Source of the DNA: Nannocystales bacterium | GTDB lineage: Bacteria; Myxococcota_A; Polyangia; Nannocystales; Nannocystaceae | Assembly (NCBI GenBank): GCA_050633305.1 | Contig: JBOEGF010000014.1 | Coordinates: 64,001 to 128,000, forward strand | Length of the DNA: 64,000 nt | Direction: 5' to 3' | Shown here: positions 58,067-64,000 of the stretch, piece by piece | Numbering within the stretch: the first letter of the stretch is position 1 | How the letters are laid out: every line of letters starts with the position of its first letter | Notes under the pieces: model-generated | Seen by the model: only the letters and a program-made list of their open reading frames with translations | Database searches by the model: none | Told to the model about the DNA's origin: nothing | Position numbers and translations under genes: made by a program

Positions 58067-59125
58067 ATGATTTATCGGTTGAGCATCGGTGCGATGTCGC
58101 TGGCCCTCGTCGGCTGCTTCTCAGAGCCACCGGGGAGCGGGAGCAGCGGGAACTCCACCGCAGGGGGCACCTCCAGTACAGGGACGCCCGTCGATGCGAC
58201 GAGTGCCGGAGACACCGGATCGAGTTCTGGCTCCGTCGACACGCTCGACCCCGATACCGGCAGTGGTAGCGAGAGCTCAACGGGGGACCTGCTCGACTGC
58301 AATTTCGACGATCCGGTTCAGACCGGGCAAGTGCCCGCTGACGTGGTGGTCCTCGTTGGGGAACAAGCTTCCCTCCCCGGCGACTTTCTCGAGCAGTTCG
58401 ACACCAACACCAACGTTGCGATCATCGCCTCCGAAACGGTGACGACCGGCCTGCAGCGGGGGGTCTTGGAGGCGTGTTGGAGTGGCTGCGGTTCGTGCAC
58501 TCCCGCAAACCGCGTGTTGATTCCGCTCCCCGCGGGGGGAGGCGGTGAAGCCTTCAGCTCGTTCTTGACGAACACCTACAGCTGCATGCTCCGCCCGCCC
58601 CCACCTGGGGTTGCGACTTCGGGCCCAAGTCGGCAGCTCTGGCTGTTCACGGAAAGCCCTGGCATCAACGTCCCCGAAGAGGTCGAAATCCGAATCCTCA
58701 CTGAGCGATTCCGGCTGCATGTTGCGTGCCCGGGTTGCGGGAAGAGGTCTCTGCCTGCCAACTCGGATCTTGCTCGCCTCGTGGAGCAGACCCAAGGGAG
58801 CGTTGGGGACAGCACCGGGGCACTGGCGGGCCAGTTTCCGTCCGTCACGGCGGCGCGAACCTCGTGCATCTGGGCCGATGACGACCCGCCTGATGTCCTG
58901 CTCATCGACAATGGTTTCGCACCGATCAACGAGCCGTTCTTCGCTGACGACAGGGACGCGCTTGGGCTCGACCAGTGCGAAGAGGTGTTCGAGACCAAGG
59001 AGGGCGAGGAGCTGTTCCCGCTGTTCTTCGTGAACCAGGACGACGACGTCGAGCTGTGTCCGGTCGCGTGTCGCCTCGCGCAGCTCCCCGCAGGCGACGG
59101 AACCGACATCTATCGCTGCAACTGA
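58067..59125 (+). CDS. Lipoprotein of unknown function (possibly a degenerate vWA-like domain)
   Basis: Lipobox LVGC, S/T/G linker, PADVVVLV, C-terminal VELCPVAC. Confidence 0.7.
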   Translation: MIYRLSIGAMSLALVGCFSEPPGSGSSGNSTAGGTSSTGTPVDATSAGDTGSSSGSVDTLDPDTGSGSESSTGDLLDCNFDDPVQTGQVPADVVVLVGEQASLPGDFLEQFDTNTNVAIIASETVTTGLQRGVLEACWSGCGSCTPANRVLIPLPAGGGGEAFSSFLTNTYSCMLRPPPPGVATSGPSRQLWLFTESPGINVPEEVEIRILTERFRLHVACPGCGKRSLPANSDLARLVEQTQGSVGDSTGALAGQFPSVTAARTSCIWADDDPPDVLLIDNGFAPINEPFFADDRDALGLDQCEEVFETKEGEELFPLFFVNQDDDVELCPVACRLAQLPAGDGTDIYRCN

Positions 59126-59142
59126 TCGACGACGCTGGCACG

Positions 59143-59175
59143 AAGAAACCCTCGCTCCGCGGCTGCGGGCGAGGG
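59143..59175 (-). terminator. Intrinsic terminator-like hairpin between convergent genes
   Basis: Minus strand CCCTCGCCCGC-AGCC-GCGGAGCGAGGG-TTTCTT. Confidence 0.65.
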
Positions 59176-59204
59176 CCGACTTCGGGGCCGCAGACTCGAC
59201 GGCG

Positions 59205-61283
59205 CTAGCCGCCCAGGGAACCCTGGACCACCGTGATGCCGGGTTGTCGAACAGCCTCGTCGATCTCGATCGCGATGAGGGCGCTGCCGGGGGGCAGTCC
59301 GAGCGAGTCGCTGAGGTCGATCTCTGGCAGCTGAATCCCGCCGAGCGAATCGCCTCCGAGGCCGCCGATCAGCCCATCGATCAGGGCGCCTTCGAGCACT
59401 CCGATGAGGGTCTCCTCGGTGGCGATCGCCGAGTCCTCGTTGACGTTGAGTTCGGTCTCGACCGACTGCAGGTCGCCGATGGCGATCCCGATCTCTCCAT
59501 CCTCGGCACTGATCTCCACCCGGACGACCGCGGTGGTGAAGGCGGTGAAGCTCACCGGAGCGCCCAGGAGTTCGAGGCTGGCGTCGATGCGAATGTCGCC
59601 CAAGTGAGCGAGAAGCTCCCCGGTCGAGCAGTCCATGCCGACTGGCGGCAGCATACCGCTGACGTTCACATCGAGGTTCTGCACGAGGTTGCTCTCCGGG
59701 ATGAGGTCCGCGGGCAATGGGAACTCGAGCAGGCCACCCTTCCAAGCGCCGTAGAGGATCTCGTTGATGAGGTCGTCGTGGAGGCCGATCTCCATGACCG
59801 AGGTGCGGGTGAGGTTGACGCTCGCGGGGCCAACTTCGCAGCCGTTGCGCAGCGGGAAGCCGAGGCCCTCATGCGCGGGCTCGCCGTCAGCGAAGCCGCC
59901 GCCGCGCAGAATGATCGCGCCGCCTTGGGGGGGGGAGGGCTCGGGTGGTGCAACACCATCGTGGAAGTCGGTGTCGCCGAAGTCGGTGATGAGATCGATC
60001 GTGATCGACTCCTTCGGGTTGCCGATGTTGGGCAGGTCGAGGGAGGTGCTGAAGTTGAAGTTCTGCAGACCCTCGGAGAGCAGCGGGGCCAACACGCCTT
60101 CGAGTTGCTCGTTGAGCGTGGCTTCGAGATCGCCAACCGCACCACCGATGATCGCGCCTTGAGCGATCGTGAGCAGGAAGTTGGTCCAGCCGTTGTTGGA
60201 GTAAAGGTCGAGCCCCGAGATTGTCGTGTCGGGGTTGACGATGTCGACGAGCAACTCGTGGGACTCGGGATCGACACTCAGCATCACGTCCGCGGTGATG
60301 GTGATGGCGTCGATCGTGAGGCCTCCAGTTCCATCTCCCCCGGCGAGGACGCAGCCGATCGAACCGTCGCAGTCGAAGACGAGGTCGCCGTCGATGTCCA
60401 AGAGGCCCGCGGTGAGACCGATGCCGCCGTCGATCCCCTGGAGGGCGAGGCTGGTGTCGGTGACGTCGAGTGAGGTCAGGTAGATGTCGAAGCCGGCACT
60501 GCTCGCGATCGCGGTCTCCGCATCGAAGAACGACGAGGTGTCGAACCCGTCGAACGCGAGACCGAGCAGCGAGGCGAGGTCGTTGTAGGGCTCGCTGTGG
60601 TCGCCGTCGTCGAGGCCCTCCTGGCTGAAGTAGATGGCGATCCCCGCGGGGGCCATGCCCTCGACGGGTTCGGTGGGTTGGACATACTGCGTGCCCCACA
60701 GGAAGGACTGCACCCGGCGTCGGGTCTGCTCCGCCGAGTCGGCGGTCTCGAAGATGAGGGTGTTTCCGCCGACCGTCGGCGTCACCTCGTGGGTGAAGGA
60801 ACCGTCCTCCTCGAGGTCGACCGTTTCGCCGTTGAGCTGGAAGTCGGTGATGTCGCCCTTGAGGCTGGTGACGGTGCCGCGGACCTCGACGAGTTCGTCC
60901 GAGGCCTTGGCCTGGATGGTGGCTCCGCGAGGCGGGTACTCGATGTCGATCATCGGCCGGCACTCGACGGTGTCACCGTCCATCGTGCCGCAGGTCCCGT
61001 CGTCACCGCAGACGTCGATGGTGCATGGGTCGCCATCGTCACAGTCTTCGGGGACCTCACATCCCATCGGACCGTCGCCGGTCTCGGCGGAGTCCGAGTC
61101 CGAGTTGACACCGTCGCTATCGCTGTCGCTGTCGGTATTGCCGTTGGTATTGCCGCTTCCGTCGGTTTCCGCGGAGGAATCGGTCTCCCCATCGGTCCCT
61201 GAGCCACCTGCGATGTCGTCATCGCCACAGGCGGCAGTGGCCCCAACCAACGTCATGCATGCAACCCAGTACCTCAACCGCAT
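59205..61283 (-). CDS. Large acidic lipoprotein: Cys repeat, Ig-like domain, possible BPI/LBP (TULIP)-like region
   Basis: Lipobox TAAC; CDDGDPCTIDVC; IEYPPRGA..VRGTV..NG..GSF..GGNTL; GIAIYFSQEGLD and EIGLHDDLINEILYGAWKGG. Confidence 0.7.
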   Translation of the reverse strand: MRLRYWVACMTLVGATAACGDDDIAGGSGTDGETDSSAETDGSGNTNGNTDSDSDSDGVNSDSDSAETGDGPMGCEVPEDCDDGDPCTIDVCGDDGTCGTMDGDTVECRPMIDIEYPPRGATIQAKASDELVEVRGTVTSLKGDITDFQLNGETVDLEEDGSFTHEVTPTVGGNTLIFETADSAEQTRRRVQSFLWGTQYVQPTEPVEGMAPAGIAIYFSQEGLDDGDHSEPYNDLASLLGLAFDGFDTSSFFDAETAIASSAGFDIYLTSLDVTDTSLALQGIDGGIGLTAGLLDIDGDLVFDCDGSIGCVLAGGDGTGGLTIDAITITADVMLSVDPESHELLVDIVNPDTTISGLDLYSNNGWTNFLLTIAQGAIIGGAVGDLEATLNEQLEGVLAPLLSEGLQNFNFSTSLDLPNIGNPKESITIDLITDFGDTDFHDGVAPPEPSPPQGGAIILRGGGFADGEPAHEGLGFPLRNGCEVGPASVNLTRTSVMEIGLHDDLINEILYGAWKGGLLEFPLPADLIPESNLVQNLDVNVSGMLPPVGMDCSTGELLAHLGDIRIDASLELLGAPVSFTAFTTAVVRVEISAEDGEIGIAIGDLQSVETELNVNEDSAIATEETLIGVLEGALIDGLIGGLGGDSLGGIQLPEIDLSDSLGLPPGSALIAIEIDEAVRQPGITVVQGSLGG

Positions 61284-61375
61284 GGTCCGAAGGTTAGCAC
61301 TGGATGCCAGGCCTCGGGTGCGCCGCAGGCGTTCTGAGGCACATCTCCTCGCCGGAGGTGTTCGCGCAGATTCGC

Positions 61376-62707
61376 CTATCTCGGGTCGACCACCCGGCCG
61401 ATGAACAGGATCGCGCCCGTATTCGTGTCGCGAATGAAGAAGAGGAACGGCCGGTCGAACGCCACGGGAACCGGCTCTGCGGGCATGCTCCCTGCTCGCA
61501 TCATGACGACTGCTGTCGCCGCGGCCGCCTCGGTGCCGTTCTCGTCAACCTCGATGAAGCCCTTGTGAAAGACCTCGTCGATCTTGAGGCGTTCGTCCTC
61601 GGGTGCCGCCATGCCGTCGAACTGTGCGAGGTCCGTAAACGCCCTCTTCAGCCCCAGCGCCTTGAGCGGTTCGCTGAGCGTGATTGATTTTTCAGGTTCG
61701 ACGCGAAACCTGGGCATAGAAAGCGCGACGCGCTGGTACCTCATTGCTGCCGACCACTGCGCGAGGGAGTCCGGCGCGAGGGATGCCTCGAGTTCGCCGA
61801 GTCCGTCTGGCTTGTGGGGCATCGCGAGCGTCATCGAGAACGAGCTGCTCGCGTACGAAAGCTCGAGCACGGTGGCGTTGTCCACCACGGTGTACTTGTA
61901 GTTCTCTGTGTTCCGCATCGTGGGGACCTGGACCTCCTCCGTTCCGCTGGCGACGAAGGTCGCGTCGTGGGTGGACGCCTTGTTGAACGCTTCCTGCCAC
62001 TGGGCCTTGAAGTAGATCGCGTTGGCGAGAACGAGCAGGGTTTGCCCCGTAATTGCGCCCGAGGGAATGAGGTCCTGGATCCGATCCCGCGTCTTGGCTT
62101 CCACCCAGTTGTTGATCGTTGTGCGGGCTGCCTCGGAGGCGCCAAAGTCGAGCCGCTCCATGGGTGCTCGGTAGTCGCGAGCGCTCTGCGTGATGAAGGA
62201 GTCCTTGAACGGAGTCTCGCGCGCTCCGAAGAGCCGGTTCGCCAGCGCAATCTCGGGCGCCGCGGGGCGCCCCTCCTCGGCGGGGACCTTCGTCATCCAC
62301 CGCTGTGCGAGCTCGCCGGCTGCCGCATGCCATCGGGTCGCGTCAGTATCCTGGACATGCAGCACGCTCTCGAACTCGTCCGCAGTGGACTCGGTGGCGC
62401 CTTGGTACGTCATGCCCAACGCGAGGACCACGCTCGCGGGTGACATGACGAGGTTTCCATCGGCGCCCGACACTTGCTTGTACAGGTCGACTGAGAACGT
62501 GTTGATGCTTTGGCTGACAGCGGCGATGTCTTCGTCGGACACGGGGAGAGGTTCCGGGATGGGTGTCGGCGTAGCGTTCGCAGACGGGGGCTGGCCTTCG
62601 GAGGGCCCGGCCGTGGCGTTCGACTGTTGCTCCGAGTCGGAGGGCGCGGTGCCCTGGGTCGCGGAACAACCAAGCAGCACAGCGAGAGGAAGAGCGCGAC
62701 GCACCAT
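61376..62707 (-). CDS. Serpin (serine protease inhibitor), lipoprotein
   Basis: Lipobox LLGC; NLVMSPAS, INNWVEAKTRDRI, LANAIYFKAQW, VFHKGFIEVDENGTEAAAAT, FDRPFLFFIRD...ILFIGRV.DP. Confidence 0.95.
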   Translation of the reverse strand: MVRRALPLAVLLGCSATQGTAPSDSEQQSNATAGPSEGQPPSANATPTPIPEPLPVSDEDIAAVSQSINTFSVDLYKQVSGADGNLVMSPASVVLALGMTYQGATESTADEFESVLHVQDTDATRWHAAAGELAQRWMTKVPAEEGRPAAPEIALANRLFGARETPFKDSFITQSARDYRAPMERLDFGASEAARTTINNWVEAKTRDRIQDLIPSGAITGQTLLVLANAIYFKAQWQEAFNKASTHDATFVASGTEEVQVPTMRNTENYKYTVVDNATVLELSYASSSFSMTLAMPHKPDGLGELEASLAPDSLAQWSAAMRYQRVALSMPRFRVEPEKSITLSEPLKALGLKRAFTDLAQFDGMAAPEDERLKIDEVFHKGFIEVDENGTEAAAATAVVMMRAGSMPAEPVPVAFDRPFLFFIRDTNTGAILFIGRVVDPR

Positions 62708-62837
62708 AGTGGGACACATCAACGCACCTTCTCGGTTGCCGGTCTACTCGACACCGACAAGCGCAGCGACCCCGTTGCCGTTTCCCAACCCTGCGCGATT
62801 TTCACGAAGACCCGGTCCGGAGTGGTAGCGTGATCCC

Positions 62838-64000
62838 ATGTCGGCAACCGGCCGTGAGCCGAAGAAGTGGGAGCGCCCCGGCGCGCGAGTTCCGGCGTTC
62901 GTGGACCGATGGGGTCGCGTTCCGTTCTTCGTCGTATTGGCGATCATGGTGGCTGCGGCCGTGGGGATGTTTGCGGTGGCTTGGCCCGTGGGTGTGCTGC
63001 TGGCGGCCGTGGCGGTCGCTTTCGGGGCGATGGGCTTTGCCGACATCACGCAGAAGAGCCACACCATCCTGCGCAACTTCCCTGTTCTGGGTCGACTCCG
63101 CTACTTCTTCGAGTCGGTGCGGCCAGAGCTCCGGCAGTACTTCGTCGAGTCGGACCAGGAAGAGAACCCGTACAGCCGGGAGAAGCGGTCGATCATCTAC
63201 CAACGCGCGAAGAACGTATTGGCGACCACGCCGTTTGGAACACGGGCCGACGTGTACGGCACCGGCTACACCTGGATCGCGCACTCGATGGTGCCGAAGC
63301 ACCCCAAGCCTTCCGCCGGCCGGATCCTCGTGGGGGAGAAGCGGTGCAAGCAGCCCTACGATTCCTCGATCTTCAACATCTCGGCGATGAGCTACGGCTC
63401 ACTGTCGAGCAATGCCGTACTCGCGCTCAACACCGGAGCCAAGCTGGGAGGCTTCGCCCACAACACGGGAGAGGGCGGCGTCTCGCCGTATCACCTCGAG
63501 CCCGGCGGCGACCTCGTGTGGCAAGTTGGAACCGGGTACTTCGGATGCCGCGGGGCGGATGGAAACTTCAGCGAGGAGAAGTTCATCGAGATGGCGAAGC
63601 ACGCTGAGATCAAGATGATCGAGCTGAAGCTCTCGCAAGGTGCGAAGCCCGGGCATGGCGGCATCCTGCCCGCCAAGAAGGTCACGCCCGAGATCTCCAA
63701 GATTCGCGGCGTTCCCATGGGGAAGGATGTGAACTCTCCTCCCGCCCACACCGCGTTCTCCACCCCACGTGGCCTCATCGAGTTTGTGACCAAGCTCCGC
63801 GAGCTCAGCGGCGGAAAGCCGATCGGCATCAAGCTGTGCATCGGTCACCCCAGCGAGTTCCTCGCGATCGTCAAGGCGATGGTCGAGACCGGCGAAGGTC
63901 CTGACTTCATCGCCATCGACGGGGGCGAGGGGGGAACCGGTGCCGCTCCTTTGGAGTTCTCCAACTCCGTCGGAGCACCCCTGCGAGACGGTCTCCTCTT
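62838..64000 (+). CDS. FMN-binding glutamate synthase family protein (membrane-anchored), runs off the window end
   Basis: Translated by hand (not in the ORF track): HTILRNFPVLGRLRY, RPELRQYF, YQRAK, SAMSYGSLS, HNTGEGG, IELKLSQGAKPGHGGILP, DGGEGGTGAAP. Confidence 0.92.
   Translation, partial: MSATGREPKKWERPGARVPAFVDRWGRVPFFVVLAIMVAAAVGMFAVAWPVGVLLAAVAVAFGAMGFADITQKSHTILRNFPVLGRLRYFFESVRPELRQYFVESDQEENPYSREKRSIIYQRAKNVLATTPFGTRADVYGTGYTWIAHSMVPKHPKPSAGRILVGEKRCKQPYDSSIFNISAMSYGSLSSNAVLALNTGAKLGGFAHNTGEGGVSPYHLEPGGDLVWQVGTGYFGCRGADGNFSEEKFIEMAKHAEIKMIELKLSQGAKPGHGGILPAKKVTPEISKIRGVPMGKDVNSPPAHTAFSTPRGLIEFVTKLRELSGGKPIGIKLCIGHPSEFLAIVKAMVETGEGPDFIAIDGGEGGTGAAPLEFSNSVGAPLRDGLL

Overview
High-GC, gene-dense chromosomal window, most likely from a myxobacterium (Myxococcota, Nannocystaceae-like). 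This taxonomy is inferred from MYXO-CTERM-type tails, many Ser/Thr/Gly-linker lipoproteins, DUF2330 and Ser/Thr kinase-TPR genes. It holds about 50 CDS. I saw no rRNA, tRNA, CRISPR array, transposase or integrase. Four differently wired ECF sigma modules are present: (1) sigma/anti-sigma/lipoprotein TPR-CHAT (caspase-like) protease converging on a lipoprotein subtilase; (2) outer-membrane protein/sigma/anti-sigma/vWA lipoprotein; (3) sigma divergent from a kinase-TPR; (4) two tandem kinase-TPRs plus a TIGR02999/ECF43-like sigma. A radical SAM + HExxH pair and a second radical SAM (apparently CTG-initiated) bracket a TraB-like OmpA/TSP3 gene, an Asp/Cys-rich IgGFc-binding-domain lipoprotein and a catalytically dead trypsin; no precursor peptide is visible. 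Other points are a TipA-like MerR with a textbook 19-bp-spacer operator, many TANNNT boxes 6-8 nt before start codons (leaderless mRNAs), several degenerate active sites, a serpin, a GH75 chitosanase, an FHA-PilZ fusion and a BPI/LBP-like lipoprotein. All family calls come from motif recognition by eye; no database searches were run. Many start codons were re-chosen relative to the ORF track.
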